Notes: generated from the letters alone by a model not told the origin. A stretch of DNA of 64,000 nt from Pseudoxanthomonas sp. (GCA_041919795.1 JAYRTC010000015.1:23721-87720), one strand, 5' to 3'. Positions 11,982 through 22,877 are shown, counted from the stretch's first letter. Made by a program: numbers and translations.

Positions 11982-12968
11982 TCAACTCGTGATCGTCTGC
12001 GTCAGCGATTCCCAGGTCGGCGGCAACGGCCAGTCGGCGGCCTGGTTGCCATCGAGCACGCGGCGCAAATCGCGGCGATCCACTTGCGGGGCGAGTACAT
12101 GGACCAGTTCCAGCGCGTAGTCGCGTAACACGCGCTCGCGCGGGAGCACGGCCCAGGCGATGCATTCGTTGATCTCTTTCGGCGCCGGCCAGGCGCGCAG
12201 GTCGGTATCCTTGGCGGTGACCGCCATTTCCGCCAGCAGGCCCACGCCCATGCCGGCACGCACGTAGGTCTTGATCAGATCCGCGTCCAGCGCGGTCAAG
12301 GCGAGACTGGGCTGCAGGCCGACGCCGGCGAAGGCACGTTGCAGGGAACTCTCCGCACGCGTGGAGGATTCGTAGCTGATCAGCGGTTGCGTGGCCAGAT
12401 CGGCCATGCCGGGCACGGCGCCGTCTTCGCGATCCAGCGCATGGCCGCGCGGCACCAGCACCAGTCGCCGCCAGCGGTACAAGGGCACGGCGATGCCGGC
12501 CTGCGGCTCGTCGCCGGCGGTGCTGATGATGGCGATGTCGGCGTCGCCCGCGCTGAGCAGGTCCAGCGCCGCGCTTTCCCCCGCCTGCTGCAGGTGCACG
12601 CTGACCTGCGGATAGGCCTGCTTGATCTGGCCGATGGCCGGCGGCAACACGAAGCGGGCCTGGGTGTGGGTGGTGGCGAGGATCAGCTGGCCCTGGCTCT
12701 CACGGCGCTGGTTGGCCGAATAGGTGCGGATGTTGTTGGCCTCGGCCAGCACCGCGCGGGCCCGGGCGATGACTTCGCCGCCGGCCGGGGTGATGGACTC
12801 CAGGCTGCGGCCCTTGCGCACGAACAACAGGAAACCCAGCTCGTCCTCCAGCTGCTTGAGCTGCTTGGACAGGCCCGGCTGGGTCGCATGCACCCGCGCC
12901 GCCGCCAGGGTGATGTTGAGGTCGGCGTCGGCGATGGCGACCAGGTAGCGGAGTTGGGTGAGGGTCAT
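11982..12968 (-). CDS. cysB: LysR-family transcriptional regulator CysB
   Basis: MTLTQLRYLVAIADADLNITLAAARVHATQPGLSKQLKQLEDELG... and the ATTHTQARFVLP motif are collinear with E. coli CysB. The gene is divergent from cysG-cysK. Confidence 0.85.
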   Translation of the reverse strand: MTLTQLRYLVAIADADLNITLAAARVHATQPGLSKQLKQLEDELGFLLFVRKGRSLESITPAGGEVIARARAVLAEANNIRTYSANQRRESQGQLILATTHTQARFVLPPAIGQIKQAYPQVSVHLQQAGESAALDLLSAGDADIAIISTAGDEPQAGIAVPLYRWRRLVLVPRGHALDREDGAVPGMADLATQPLISYESSTRAESSLQRAFAGVGLQPSLALTALDADLIKTYVRAGMGVGLLAEMAVTAKDTDLRAWPAPKEINECIAWAVLPRERVLRDYALELVHVLAPQVDRRDLRRVLDGNQAADWPLPPTWESLTQTITS

Positions 12969-13196
12969 GGAGGGAATCTTGGAAGGGAATGCCGTCATCC
13001 CCCGTGCAGGCGGGGATGACGATCTGAAGCGATGACGATCAAAGACGGATGCACGAAGGCATTGAATGTACGAGATTTCCCCCATTCTCTGCCTCGCCAG
13101 CTTATAACCACCCGTAATATGACATGCGCGGTTTGTCATTTCCGACCGCATATAACCGGACGTTAGGGTCATCACCCCTCCTTGATGTCCTGATCC

Positions 13197-14678
13197 GTGA
13201 CCGCGCCCCTCTTCCCCTTGTTCGCCGACCTGCGTGACCGCCCCGTGCTGGTGGTGGGTGGCGGTGCGGTCGCCGAGCGCAAGGTCGAGGCGTTACTGCA
13301 GGCGGGCGCCCTGCCCGTGGTCGGCTCACCGGACCTGACCGGGGCACTGCAAGCCTGGCGGGAAGCCGGGCGCATCCGCTGGCGACAGGGCGAATTCCAC
13401 CCGGACTGGCTGGACGAGGCCTGGCTGGTGATCGCCGCCACCGACGAAGCGGCGGTCAACCGCGCGGTGGCCGCCGCCGCTAACACGCGACGCATCTTCG
13501 CCAACGTGGTCGACGATGCCGAGCTTTCCAGCTTCCACGTGCCCGCCATCGTCCAGCGCGGGCCGCTGCAGATCGCGATTTCCAGCGGCGGCGGCGCACC
13601 GATGCTGGCCCGGCATGTCCGCCGGCAACTGGAAACCCTGTTCGACGATTCGCTGGGCACGCTGGCCGAACTGCTGACCCGCAATCGCGAACGCATCCGC
13701 ACGCGCTTCCAGGACCTGGGCCTGCGTCGTCGTTTCTTCGAAAACCTGCTCGCCGGCCCACTGCCGCGCCTGCTGCGCCAGCGCCTCGACGGCGAACAAG
13801 CCGACCAATACCTGCACGCGGCACTGGCCGATTCGACCACCGGCCAAACCACCGGCTCGGTGGTCCTGGTCGGCGCCGGTCCCGGCGATCCGGGCCTGGT
13901 GACCTTGAACGCGCTGCGGGCGATGAACGAGGCCGACGTGATCCTGCACGACCGCCTGGTCAGCGCCGAAGTGCTGCGCCTGGCGCGACGCGACGCAACC
14001 CGCATCGAGGTCGGCAAGTCCGCCAACGGCCACAGCGTGCGCCAGGAGGAAATCCACGCGCTGATGCTGCAACACGCCCGCGCCGGCAAGCGCGTGGTGC
14101 GGTTGAAGGGCGGCGACCCGTTCGTGTTCGGTCGTGGCGGCGAGGAACTGGAATTCCTGCACGCGCACGATATTCCCTATGAAGTGGTGCCCGGCATCAC
14201 CGCCGCGGTCGCGTGCGCGGCCTATGCCGGTATTCCGCTGACCCATCGCGACCACGCGCAATCGCTGCGCCTGGTCACCGCGCACTGCAAGGATTCGCTG
14301 GACACTTTGGACTGGAAGGCGCTGGCCCAGGAGAAACAGACCCTGGCGGTGTACATGGGCGTGGCCGGGCTGGAAAAGCTGCGCGAACGCCTGCTGCTGG
14401 CCGGTGTCGCCCCCACCCTGCCGTTTGCCTTGGTGGAAAACGGCTCGCGCCCGCAGCAGCGCGTGGTTGCCGGCACCCTGGCGACGCTGCCGGAAACCGC
14501 GCGCCAGCACCAGGTGCAATCGCCCGCGCTGCTGATCCTGGGCGAAGTGGCCGCGCTGGCCGGAACGCTGCACTGGTTCGGCGCCGCACCGCTGGTTGCT
14601 TCGCCGCCTTCCGCTTCATCGCAGCACCCCACTTCCCTTGGCGAACCTGCGCTTGCGCAGGCCGCCCTCGCCGCCTGA
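13197..14678 (+). CDS. cysG: Siroheme synthase CysG (precorrin-2 dehydrogenase/ferrochelatase plus uroporphyrinogen-III methyltransferase)
   Basis: N-terminus [13 protein letters not shown] (Rossmann fold). C-terminal SUMT motifs [13 protein letters not shown] and [16 protein letters not shown] are present. GTG start. Confidence 0.9.
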   Translation: MTAPLFPLFADLRDRPVLVVGGGAVAERKVEALLQAGALPVVGSPDLTGALQAWREAGRIRWRQGEFHPDWLDEAWLVIAATDEAAVNRAVAAAANTRRIFANVVDDAELSSFHVPAIVQRGPLQIAISSGGGAPMLARHVRRQLETLFDDSLGTLAELLTRNRERIRTRFQDLGLRRRFFENLLAGPLPRLLRQRLDGEQADQYLHAALADSTTGQTTGSVVLVGAGPGDPGLVTLNALRAMNEADVILHDRLVSAEVLRLARRDATRIEVGKSANGHSVRQEEIHALMLQHARAGKRVVRLKGGDPFVFGRGGEELEFLHAHDIPYEVVPGITAAVACAAYAGIPLTHRDHAQSLRLVTAHCKDSLDTLDWKALAQEKQTLAVYMGVAGLEKLRERLLLAGVAPTLPFALVENGSRPQQRVVAGTLATLPETARQHQVQSPALLILGEVAALAGTLHWFGAAPLVASPPSASSQHPTSLGEPALAQAALAA

Positions 14679-14712
14679 TCCCCCTTTCCGCGATTCATCC
14701 CAAGGAGTCCCC

Positions 14713-15672
14713 ATGGCCATCCACGACAGCATCCTCGACACCATCGGCCACACCCCGGTGGTCAAACTGCGCCGCCTCTCGCCCGGGCACGTCACCTTGT
14801 ACGCGAAGGTCGAGTCCTTCAATCCGGGCGGCTCGGTCAAGGATCGTCTCGCCCTGGCCATCGTGCTGGATGCCGAAGCGAAGGGATTGCTGAAACCGGG
14901 CGACACGATCGTCGAAGCGACTTCCGGCAACACCGGCGTGGCCTTGGCCATGGTCGCGGCGGCGCGCGGCTACAAGTTCGTGGCGACCATGGCGGAAACC
15001 TTTTCCATCGAACGCCGCAAACTGATGCGCGCCTATGGCGCGAAAGTGATCCTGACCCCCGCCGCCGAACGCGGCATCGGCATGGTTCGCCGCGCCGAGG
15101 AACTGGCCAAGCAGCACGGCTGGTTCCTGGCCAGCCAGTTCGCCAACCCGGCCAATCCCGCCTATCACCGGCAGACCACGGCGGCGGAAATCCTGCGCGA
15201 CTTCGCCGGCCGGCGCCTGGATTACTTCGTCAGCGGCTGGGGCACCGGCGGCACCCTGACCGGCGTGGGCGAAGTGCTCAAGATCGCGCGTCCGGAAGTG
15301 AAGATCATCGCCGCCGAACCCGCCGCCGCCCCGCTGCTGCAAGGCAAGGAATGGTCGCCGCACAAGATCCAGGGCTGGACCCCCGACTTCATCCCGGACG
15401 TCCTCAACCGCGGCGTGGCCGACCAGATCCTGTCCATCGCCGATGCCGACGCCATCGCCACCTCGCGCCGGCTTGCCGCCGAGGAAGGCATCTTCGCCGG
15501 CATCTCCGCCGGCGCCACCGTGCACGCGGCCTTGCAGGTCGCGGAAACCGCGCCGGAAGGTTCGGTGCTGCTGGCGGTATTGCCGGATACCGGCGAGCGC
15601 TATTTCTCCACGCCGTTGTTCGAAGGCGTCAACGAAGGCTCGGACGACGACTGGCTGGCTTCGCTGGGCTGA
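14713..15672 (+). CDS. cysK: Cysteine synthase A (O-acetylserine sulfhydrylase)
   Basis: AAGGAG RBS at 14702-14707. Motifs FNPGGSVKDR and TSGNTGV and full-length CysK collinearity. Confidence 0.93.
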   Translation: MAIHDSILDTIGHTPVVKLRRLSPGHVTLYAKVESFNPGGSVKDRLALAIVLDAEAKGLLKPGDTIVEATSGNTGVALAMVAAARGYKFVATMAETFSIERRKLMRAYGAKVILTPAAERGIGMVRRAEELAKQHGWFLASQFANPANPAYHRQTTAAEILRDFAGRRLDYFVSGWGTGGTLTGVGEVLKIARPEVKIIAAEPAAAPLLQGKEWSPHKIQGWTPDFIPDVLNRGVADQILSIADADAIATSRRLAAEEGIFAGISAGATVHAALQVAETAPEGSVLLAVLPDTGERYFSTPLFEGVNEGSDDDWLASLG

Positions 15673-15679
15673 GGCGCTG

Positions 15680-15930
15680 CTTTGGCCTCCTCCCTTGCAC
15701 AGCGGGGGCAGAGTCAGCCCCTCTCCCCTTGTGGGAGAGGGAAAGGCGCGCAGCGCCGAGAGCCTGCCCCCGCGAAGGCGGGGGGAAAGGGGTCGGCTCT
15801 ACTCACGGGAAGCAACAGCGAAAGCACGCATCGCTACGCTCGCGCCCCCTCTCCTGCCCCTTCGGGGCATCCTCTCCCACGAGGGGAGAGGAGAAAAACA
15901 GCCGCACGCAACCTTGAAGTCACGACACCA
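15680..15930. repeat. Cluster of REP-like palindromes
   Basis: Hairpins ccctctccc-cttgtg-ggagaggg and cctctccc-acga-ggggagagg, plus cccccgcgaaggcgggggg. Non-coding. Confidence 0.6.
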
Positions 15931-15972
15931 TCAGCGTGATCGATACTGGAGATTCGTGCACGACTCTTAATG

Positions 15973-16002
15973 AAAAAACGCCGGCACAAGGCCGGCGTTT
16001 TC
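15973..16002. terminator. Bidirectional intrinsic terminator (cysK / fba)
   Basis: aaaaaacgccggc-acaag-gccggcgtttt: an 8-bp GC stem flanked by an A-run and a T-run. Confidence 0.7.
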
Positions 16003-16024
16003 CTGTTCCATCAATGCGGGCGAC

Positions 16025-17029
16025 TCAACCTTCCCACTTCCCCAACGCAGCCAAGCCATTGTCGCGGGCGCGGGCGTGGACAATCGCCTGGGCCTTGCTG
16101 AAGTTGCCGACCAGGTCCTGCGACCACAGCTTCAACGCCGCCGACTGCATGGCGCGACCGTAGGAGAACGACAACGGCCACGGCAGGTTGCCGAGGCGGT
16201 TCATCGCATCCAGGTGCGCGGTGGCGTCTTCGTCGTTCTGGCCGCCGGACAGGAACACCACGCCCGGCAGGATCGCCGGCACGGTGCTCTTCAGGCACAT
16301 CACCGTGGCTTCGGCCACTTCGTCGATGCTGGCCTGCTCTTCGCAATCCTTGCCGGCCACGACCATCGAAGCCTTGAGGATGGTGCCTTCCAGCATCACG
16401 TTCTGTTCGTACAGCGCGCTGAACAACGCGCGCAGGGTGGCTTCGGTGACTTCGTAGCAGGTCTCGATGTCGTGGTCGCCGTCCATCAGCACTTCCGGCT
16501 CCACCATCGGCACCAGGCCGGCTTCCTGGCAGAGTGCGGCGTAACGGGCCAGTGCGTGGGCATTGGCCTCGATGCAGGTACCGGAGGGAATGTCGTCGCC
16601 GATATTGATCACCGCGCGCCACTTGGCGAAACGCGCGCCAAGCGCGTAGTACTCCTTGAGCCGGTCGCGAAGGCCGTCGAGGCCCTCGGTCACCACTTCG
16701 CCCTGGCAGCCGGCCAGCGGATGGGTGCCCTTGTCGACCTTGATGCCCGGGATGATGCCGTTGGCGGCCATGACCTTGGCGAACGGCACACCGTCCTTGG
16801 TCGACTGGCGCAGGGTTTCGTCGTAGAGGATGGCGCCGGAAATGTGGTCGCCCAGCTTCGGCGTGGTCAGCAGCATTTCGCGGTAGGCGCGACGGTTTTC
16901 CTCGGTGTTCTCGATGCCGACGCCGGCGAAACGCTTGGCGATGGTGGCGGTGGATTCGTCGATGGCGATGATGCCCTTGCCGGCGGCGACCATGGCCTGG
17001 GCGGTTTCGGCAAGCTGTTCAATGCTCAT
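16025..17029 (-). CDS. fba: Fructose-bisphosphate aldolase, class I
   Basis: 334 aa. GKGIIAIDES..., IIPGIKVDKG and LEGTILKASMV are typical of class I (Schiff-base) aldolases. Confidence 0.93.
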   Translation of the reverse strand: MSIEQLAETAQAMVAAGKGIIAIDESTATIAKRFAGVGIENTEENRRAYREMLLTTPKLGDHISGAILYDETLRQSTKDGVPFAKVMAANGIIPGIKVDKGTHPLAGCQGEVVTEGLDGLRDRLKEYYALGARFAKWRAVINIGDDIPSGTCIEANAHALARYAALCQEAGLVPMVEPEVLMDGDHDIETCYEVTEATLRALFSALYEQNVMLEGTILKASMVVAGKDCEEQASIDEVAEATVMCLKSTVPAILPGVVFLSGGQNDEDATAHLDAMNRLGNLPWPLSFSYGRAMQSAALKLWSQDLVGNFSKAQAIVHARARDNGLAALGKWEG

Positions 17030-17133
17030 GGAGTTCCTGTGGGGGCGCTGGAAAGGGGCTGGATTATAGCCCGGACGCCGCTACGCTTCCCTTCACCGGA
17101 CGCCTGCAAGCGGTTTCAAGCACCACGCACGCC

Positions 17134-17207
17134 GTAGGAGCGGGCCTTGCCCGCGATGCTCTTGCGCGATCTGACCGAAAGGCATCGCGCCCGAGGGGCG
17201 CTCCTAC
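17134..17207. repeat. REP palindrome, GTAGGAGCGGGCCTTGCCCGCGAT family
   Basis: gtaggagcgggccttgcccgcgatgc...gcatcgcgcccgaggggcgctcctac. Overlaps the pyk stop codon. Confidence 0.75.
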
Positions 17208-18670
17208 AGTTCGCCCAGGCCTTCGGCTTTTCCGTCGGCGCCAATCTGCAGCAGGCGCAGGGTATTCGTCGCGCCGTGCTGTTCCATGTGGTCGCCGCTG
17301 GTGAAGATCACGCGGTCGCCGGGGACCAGGCGATTGCGGTCATGCAGGATCCGCAGCGCATCGCGCGCGGCCTCGCGCGGGGCCAGGCCGCGACTGTCGA
17401 AGGCGATCGGGAACACGTCGCGGATCATCGCCATCCGGCGCCGCGCGCCATCGTGGCGCGAAAACGCGTAGATCGGCGCGCTGGAACGGAACCGCGACAG
17501 GTAGCGCGCGGTGCCGCCGGATTCGGTCATCGCCACGATCGCGCGCACGCCGATGTGTTCGGACAGGAACATGGTGGCCATGGCGATGGCCTGGTCGGCG
17601 CGCTGCAGGTTGCGCGGCGCCTTCTCGAAATCGGTGTCGATCTCGAACTGCTTCTCCGCGCCCAGGCAGATGCGCGCCATCGCTTCCACGGCCTTGACCG
17701 GATAGGCGCCGGCCGCGGTTTCGGCCGACAGCATCACCGCGTCGGTGCCGTCGATCACCGAGTTGGCCACGTCCAGCACCTCGGCACGGGTGGGAATGGG
17801 GCTTTCGACCATGGACTGCAGCATCTGCGTGGCGGTGATGACCACCTTGTTGCGCGCCAGCGACTCGCGGATGATTTTCTTCTGCAGGCCGGGCAGTTCG
17901 GCGTCGCCGATCTCCACGCCCAGGTCGCCACGCGCGACCATGACCACGTCGCTGGCGTCGATGATCTCGGCCAGGTTCTCGATGGCTTCGGTGCGCTCGA
18001 TCTTCGACACCAGTGCCGCGTCGCTGCCATGCGAGCGGGCGATACGGCGCGCTTCGTTCATGTCCTCGGCGTTGCGGCAGAACGACACGGCGATGAAATC
18101 AACGTCGATCCTGGCGACGATGCCGATCAATTCCTTGTCGCGCTCGGTCAATGCGCCCAGCGACAAGCCACCGCCCTGCTTGTTCAAGCCCTTGCGGTCG
18201 GACAGCACGCCATCGTTGAGCACGGCGCAGACGATGCGCTCGCCTTCCACCGACTCCACCCGCAGTTGCATCAGGCCGTCGTCCAGCAGCAGCACGTCGC
18301 CGGCTTGCACGTCGTCCGGCAGGCCCAGGTAACTGACCCCGACCTGCGAAGCATCCCCGAGTGGCGCGTCGGCATTCGCGATCAGGTCGAAGCGGTCGCC
18401 CATCTTCAGCCTGATCTTGCCTTCGGCGAAACGCTCGATGCGGATCTTCGGCCCCGGCAGGTCGGCGAGAATGCCGACCTCGGCGCCCACCCGTTGCGCG
18501 GCGGCGCGCACTGCGGCGGCGCGCTTGGCCTGCCCGGAAGGATCGCCATGGGAGAAATTCAGGCGCACCACGTTCACACCGGCGCGGAACAGTTCGTCTA
18601 GCACGCCGGGCGGATCGGTGGCGGGGCCGAGGGTGGCGAGAATCTTGGTACGGCGTTGGCGATCGGTCAC
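17204..18670 (-). CDS. pyk: Pyruvate kinase
   Basis: RRTKILATLGPATD and MVARGDLGVEI motifs. The GTG at 18670 was chosen because a GGGAGG SD lies 6 nt upstream. The ORF-track ATG at 18706 has no SD. Confidence 0.92.
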   Translation of the reverse strand: MTDRQRRTKILATLGPATDPPGVLDELFRAGVNVVRLNFSHGDPSGQAKRAAAVRAAAQRVGAEVGILADLPGPKIRIERFAEGKIRLKMGDRFDLIANADAPLGDASQVGVSYLGLPDDVQAGDVLLLDDGLMQLRVESVEGERIVCAVLNDGVLSDRKGLNKQGGGLSLGALTERDKELIGIVARIDVDFIAVSFCRNAEDMNEARRIARSHGSDAALVSKIERTEAIENLAEIIDASDVVMVARGDLGVEIGDAELPGLQKKIIRESLARNKVVITATQMLQSMVESPIPTRAEVLDVANSVIDGTDAVMLSAETAAGAYPVKAVEAMARICLGAEKQFEIDTDFEKAPRNLQRADQAIAMATMFLSEHIGVRAIVAMTESGGTARYLSRFRSSAPIYAFSRHDGARRRMAMIRDVFPIAFDSRGLAPREAARDALRILHDRNRLVPGDRVIFTSGDHMEQHGATNTLRLLQIGADGKAEGLGEL

Positions 18671-18856
18671 GGAGGCCTCCCTACTTGAGAGTCGGGAAAC
18701 TATCACATCCAGAAGACCACTACGATGCCATTAGCTGAGGCGATCTTCTTGCTGATTAATTTTTCGGGGAATACTTTGCTTCGCCGCTCCACATTGGTAT
18801 CTAAGTGGTTATTCACCGCCTATGAACCTGCCCCCCGAGGGGACTTTCTTCGGTGC

Positions 18857-18952
18857 GTAGAGCCGAGCTTGCTCGGCTGCTTTCCGCGAAGATCAAGAGC
18901 AGCCGAGCAAGCTCGGCTCTACAAAGGCATCGCGGGCAAGGCCCGCTCCTGC
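18857..18952. repeat. Nested REP palindromes
   Basis: gtagagccgagcttgctcggctgc...gcagccgagcaagctcggctctac, followed by a half REP gcatcgcgggcaaggcccgctcctgc. Outer inverted arms ccccgaggggactttctt / aaggaagtccccttgggg flank these. Confidence 0.7.
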
Positions 18953-18987
18953 GCCCCAAAGGAAGTCCCCTTGGGGGACAAACACAT

Positions 18988-20178
18988 TCAGGCGCCGCGC
19001 GCCTGCAGGGCCACGACCGCCGGCAGTGGCTTGCCTTCCAGGAACTCGAGGAACGCGCCGCCGCCGGTGGAGATATAGCCGACGTCGTCGGCGATGCCGT
19101 ACTTGTCCACCGCCGCGAGGGTGTCGCCACCGCCGGCGATGGAGAAGGCCTTCGAGGCGGCGATGGCGCGGGCCAGGGTTTCGGTACCCTTGCCGAAGGC
19201 GTCGAATTCGAACACCCCGACCGGTCCGTTCCAGACCACGGTCCCCGCCGCTTCGATCATCTTCGCGTAGCGCGCGGCGGTGTCCGGTCCGATGTCCAGG
19301 ATCATGTCGTCGGCGCCAACCGCGTCCACCGCCTTGACCGTGGCCACCGTGTCGGCCTTGAATTCGGAAGCGACCACGACATCGCTCGGCACCGGGATCT
19401 CGGCGCCGCGCGCCTTGGCATCGGCGATGATCTTGCGCGCGGTGTCGAGCAAGTCCATTTCCACCAGCGACTTGCCCACGCCATGGCCTTCGGCGGCGAT
19501 GAAGGTGTTGGCGATGCCGCCGCCAACGATCAACTGGTCGACCTTGCCGACCAGGTTGGACAACAGTTCCAATTTGGTCGAGACCTTGCTGCCGGCGACG
19601 ATCGCCAGCAGCGGATGCGCGGGCTGTTCCAATGCCTTGGCCAGCGCGTCCAGCTCGCCCATCAGCAGCGGCCCGCCGGCGGCTTGTCTGGCGAACTTGA
19701 TCACGCCGTGGGTGGAAGCCTGCGCGCGGTGCGCGGTGCCGAAGGCGTCCATGACGAACACGTCGCACAGCGCGGCGTACTTCTTCGACAGCGCTTCGTC
19801 GTCCTTGCCCTCGCCGACGTTCATGCGGCAGTTTTCCAGCAGGACCACGCTACCCGGCGCGACCTCCACGCCGTCCACCCAGTCCTTGACCAGGGGCACG
19901 TCCACGCCCAGCAATTCCGAAAGACGCTTGGCCACCGGCGCCAGCGAATCGGCTTCGCTCCACACGCCTTCCTTGGGCCGGCCCAGGTGCGAAGTAACCA
20001 TCACCGCCGCGCCTTTTGCCAGCGCCAGCTTCAGCGTCGGCAGCGAAGCGGTGATGCGCTGCTCCGAAGTGATGCGTCCCGGCTGTCCCTCGGCATGTTC
20101 GATCGGCACGTTGAGGTCCTGGCGGATCAGCACGCACTTGCCGGCGAGATCGAGGTCGGTCATGCGGAGGATGGACAT
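18988..20178 (-). CDS. pgk: Phosphoglycerate kinase
   Basis: [25 protein letters not shown]... with full PGK collinearity. The upstream 250 codons of the 650-aa ORF are a read-through artefact. Confidence 0.95.
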   Translation of the reverse strand: MSILRMTDLDLAGKCVLIRQDLNVPIEHAEGQPGRITSEQRITASLPTLKLALAKGAAVMVTSHLGRPKEGVWSEADSLAPVAKRLSELLGVDVPLVKDWVDGVEVAPGSVVLLENCRMNVGEGKDDEALSKKYAALCDVFVMDAFGTAHRAQASTHGVIKFARQAAGGPLLMGELDALAKALEQPAHPLLAIVAGSKVSTKLELLSNLVGKVDQLIVGGGIANTFIAAEGHGVGKSLVEMDLLDTARKIIADAKARGAEIPVPSDVVVASEFKADTVATVKAVDAVGADDMILDIGPDTAARYAKMIEAAGTVVWNGPVGVFEFDAFGKGTETLARAIAASKAFSIAGGGDTLAAVDKYGIADDVGYISTGGGAFLEFLEGKPLPAVVALQARGA

Positions 20179-20239
20179 GCGTGGCGTTCCGTAGGGGATG
20201 GAGGCGGTCATTGTCCCGGCTTGGGCCTTGCGCGGCAAC

Positions 20240-20313
20240 GTAGGAGCGGGCCTTGCCCGCGATGCTCTTTTCGCGACGTGACGAAGAGCATCGCGGGCAA
20301 GGCCCGCTCCTAC
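20240..20313. repeat. REP palindrome, GTAGGAGC family (near-perfect 31-bp arms)
   Basis: gtaggagcgggccttgcccgcgatgctcttt ... aagagcatcgcgggcaaggcccgctcctac. Overlaps the rimI stop. Confidence 0.8.
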
Positions 20314-20819
20314 AACGGCGGCATCTTGCCGATGTCTTCGCCTACCAGTTCCATCGCCATCACCAGCGCATCCTCGCGGCCGTCGCGCGCCGGGTAGTAA
20401 CGCGGGCGGCGGCCGATTTCGTTGAATCCTTCGTCGTGGTACAGCGCAATGGCATAAGGATTGGAGGGCCGCACTTCCAGGAAGATGCGCGCGGCGCCCA
20501 GATCGCGCGCCAGCTTGACCAGCGCGCGCAGCAGCCGGCGACCATGACCGCGGCCCTGGCGCTCGGGAGCGATGCAGATATTGAGGATGTGGGCCTCGTC
20601 GGCGGCCACGCTGATCACCGCGTAGCCAATCGGCAGGCCGTGTTCCTGCAGGATCCAGGCCGGATAAGCGGCGGCCAGGCAATCGCGGAAGATGCCGCGC
20701 GTCCACGGGAACGGATAAGCGCGCTGCTCGATGGCCAGGATCGTATCCAGGTCGGTTTCGCGCATCGAACGCAGGTTGGCGTCCGGGAATCCGTCGGCGT
20801 CGACCGCCACCGCGCTCAC
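20310..20819 (-). CDS. rimI: Ribosomal-protein-alanine N-acetyltransferase RimI (GNAT)
   Basis: GNAT motif [14 protein letters not shown]. The GTG start overlaps the upstream stop (GTGA). Confidence 0.85.
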   Translation of the reverse strand: MSAVAVDADGFPDANLRSMRETDLDTILAIEQRAYPFPWTRGIFRDCLAAAYPAWILQEHGLPIGYAVISVAADEAHILNICIAPERQGRGHGRRLLRALVKLARDLGAARIFLEVRPSNPYAIALYHDEGFNEIGRRPRYYPARDGREDALVMAMELVGEDIGKMPPL

Positions 20820-21229
20820 GGCAGCGCTTTCCTTCGCAGCGCGCGCAACTGCGGCCACAACGCGCGCTTGGCCGCGGGATTGCCGCGCAATTCGTGGGAA
20901 GCCGGCCATTGCGCGAAGATCGCGGCGGCGTCTTCGGCATTGGGATTGCAGCCGGAAGCGCGGATCAGGGCGAAATGCAGCTTGTCCGGCAATCGTGACG
21001 CGGCGCGGCGCGGCGCGGGTTCCGCGACGCGGGCAACGCCGGGTTCGGGCCTGGGTGCGCGACGGGCGGGCGCGGCACTCGGCGATGCGGAGGTCGATAC
21101 CGGCTGGCGGCGTGGCGCGGCGGATTCGACTCCGGGCGCCACAGGCGCTTCCGCCACTCCCTGCACATACAAGGTGTGGCCCAGCGCAGTCAGCCATTCA
21201 TGCTGTTGCGACGACCACAGCTCGCTCAC
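20816..21229 (-). CDS. DNA polymerase III psi-subunit-like protein (HolD-like)
   Basis: N-terminus [21 protein letters not shown] and C-terminus [15 protein letters not shown] resemble E. coli HolD (RRDWQLQQLGITQW ... LRANPTARAALWQQI, from memory). The position directly upstream of rimI matches E. coli holD-rimI. Confidence 0.5.
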   Translation of the reverse strand: MSELWSSQQHEWLTALGHTLYVQGVAEAPVAPGVESAAPRRQPVSTSASPSAAPARRAPRPEPGVARVAEPAPRRAASRLPDKLHFALIRASGCNPNAEDAAAIFAQWPASHELRGNPAAKRALWPQLRALRRKALP

Positions 21230-22005
21230 GTCGCCGCCTCCGGCATCTTGCGGGTACGCCGCCACAGCCAGTACACCGGACCCGACAACGCATAGACCAC
21301 GCCGACGGCCAGCAGCGCGCGTGGCGGGTCCATGGCCAGCCCCGCGATCACCACCGGCACCAGCAGCAATACGTAGAAGGGAACCCGGATGGCGCGGTTC
21401 GCATTCGCGCCACTGGCCTTGAAACTCCAGAAGCGGATCCTGCTGACCATCAACAAGGCCGCCACCAGGGTCACGCCCAAGGCGACGTAACGCAATTGTT
21501 CGCCACTCCAGCCCAGGCCGCCATCGGCGAAGGCCCAGACGAAGGACATCATCAACCCCGCCGCCGCCGGACTGGCCAGGCCGATGAACCAGCGCTTGTC
21601 CACCGTTCCCACCTGGGTGTTGAAACGGGCCAGGCGCAGGGCCGCGCAGGCGGCATACAGGAACGCCACCGCCCAGCCCACCCTGCCCATCACGTCGCTG
21701 TCGAACTTCAGGTACGACAACGCCCAGTGGTACATCACCAGGGCCGGGGCCATGCCGAAGCTGACCAGGTCGGCCAGCGAGTCGTACTGCACGCCGAACT
21801 CGGTGCTGGTGCCGGTCAGCCGGGCCACGCGGCCGTCGATGCCGTCCATCAGCGCGGCGATGAACACCGCCACCGCCGCATGCACGAACTGGCCGTTGGC
21901 CGCGGCGATGATCGAATAGAACCCCGCGAACAGGCCCGCCGTGGTGAACAGGTTGGGCAGCAAATAGATGCTGCGCGAGCGTGGTGCTGGCTTGTTTTCG
22001 TCCAT
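21226..22005 (-). CDS. pssA: CDP-diacylglycerol--serine O-phosphatidyltransferase
   Basis: CDP-alcohol phosphatidyltransferase motif DGIDGRVARLTGTSTEFGVQYDSLADLV. Start at MDENKP. Confidence 0.9.
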   Translation of the reverse strand: MDENKPAPRSRSIYLLPNLFTTAGLFAGFYSIIAAANGQFVHAAVAVFIAALMDGIDGRVARLTGTSTEFGVQYDSLADLVSFGMAPALVMYHWALSYLKFDSDVMGRVGWAVAFLYAACAALRLARFNTQVGTVDKRWFIGLASPAAAGLMMSFVWAFADGGLGWSGEQLRYVALGVTLVAALLMVSRIRFWSFKASGANANRAIRVPFYVLLLVPVVIAGLAMDPPRALLAVGVVYALSGPVYWLWRRTRKMPEAAT

Positions 22006-22099
22006 GCGTCGCAGTTTATCCCAACCAGACGACTTGCCAGCCCGGCCCGGCAGTGCTGCAATCGCCTGCATCCCTCATCTTCCTTGCCTGGAGGCCGCC

Positions 22100-22528
22100 A
22101 TGCGCGCCCTGTCCACCCGCTTGTTCCCGGTCATTCTCCGAGGATCTCTTCGCGCCTGCGCCCTGCTGATCCTGGCCAGCGCCTGTACCACCGCCCTGGC
22201 CGGCAAGGTCTATCAATGGAAGGACGCCCAGGGCGTCAGCCATTACGCCGACAGCCCGCCGCCCAACCAGCAGGTCAAGAACCGCCGCATCGACAATCGC
22301 GGCGCGCCGGTGGCCGACGAAGCCAGCGTAGGCAAGTCGGTGGAAAACCCGCAATGCATCACCGCCAAGCTCAACCTGCAGATCCTGGCCGGCAACACCG
22401 GCGTGCAGCAGGACACCGATGGCGACGGCAAACCGGACAAGGTCCTGAACGACGACGACCGCGCCAACCAGCGCGGCCTGGCCGAAGCCGCCGTCAAGGC
22501 CTATTGCACGCCCCAGCCCAAGGCCTGA
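22100..22528 (+). CDS. DUF4124 domain protein (secreted)
   Basis: Signal peptide, then GKVYQWKDAQGVSHYADSPP (DUF4124 signature). Confidence 0.7.
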   Translation: MRALSTRLFPVILRGSLRACALLILASACTTALAGKVYQWKDAQGVSHYADSPPPNQQVKNRRIDNRGAPVADEASVGKSVENPQCITAKLNLQILAGNTGVQQDTDGDGKPDKVLNDDDRANQRGLAEAAVKAYCTPQPKA

Positions 22529-22531
22529 TCC

Positions 22532-22810
22532 GTGCGGCTGGCCTGGGCCATAGTTGCCGGCCTGGCGCTGGGCGGTGGCCTCGCCTGGTGGTTGTCGCGC
22601 GAACCCCCGGCCAGGACCGAAGCCAAGCAACGCCGCGCCGAACACGCGGCGGCCGAACTGGCCCGCGATGCCCGGCCTTCGCTGTACCGCTGGCGCGACG
22701 CCGCCGGGGTCCTGCAGATCACCGACAAACCGCCCAAGGGCCGGCCTTTCGAACGCCTCGACCGCAGTCCGGATCGCGGCATCGAGGTCAAGGGCGACCG
22801 CGGCGACTGA
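22532..22810 (+). CDS. Small DUF4124 domain membrane-anchored protein
   Basis: GTG start, TM segment WAIVAGLALGGGLAWWL, then LYRWRDAAGVLQITDKPP. Confidence 0.5.
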   Translation: MRLAWAIVAGLALGGGLAWWLSREPPARTEAKQRRAEHAAAELARDARPSLYRWRDAAGVLQITDKPPKGRPFERLDRSPDRGIEVKGDRGD

Positions 22811-22877
22811 GCGCAAGGCCGCATGACGGCGCCGCAACTGGCAAAATGCCGGTTCCCCACGCCGCGAAACCCCACTG

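Noticed and set aside
18988-20940. 650-aa ORF suggesting a long N-terminal extension of phosphoglycerate kinase.
   Set aside because: PGK homology begins at [14 protein letters not shown] (start 20178). The extension runs through a REP element and antisense to rimI.
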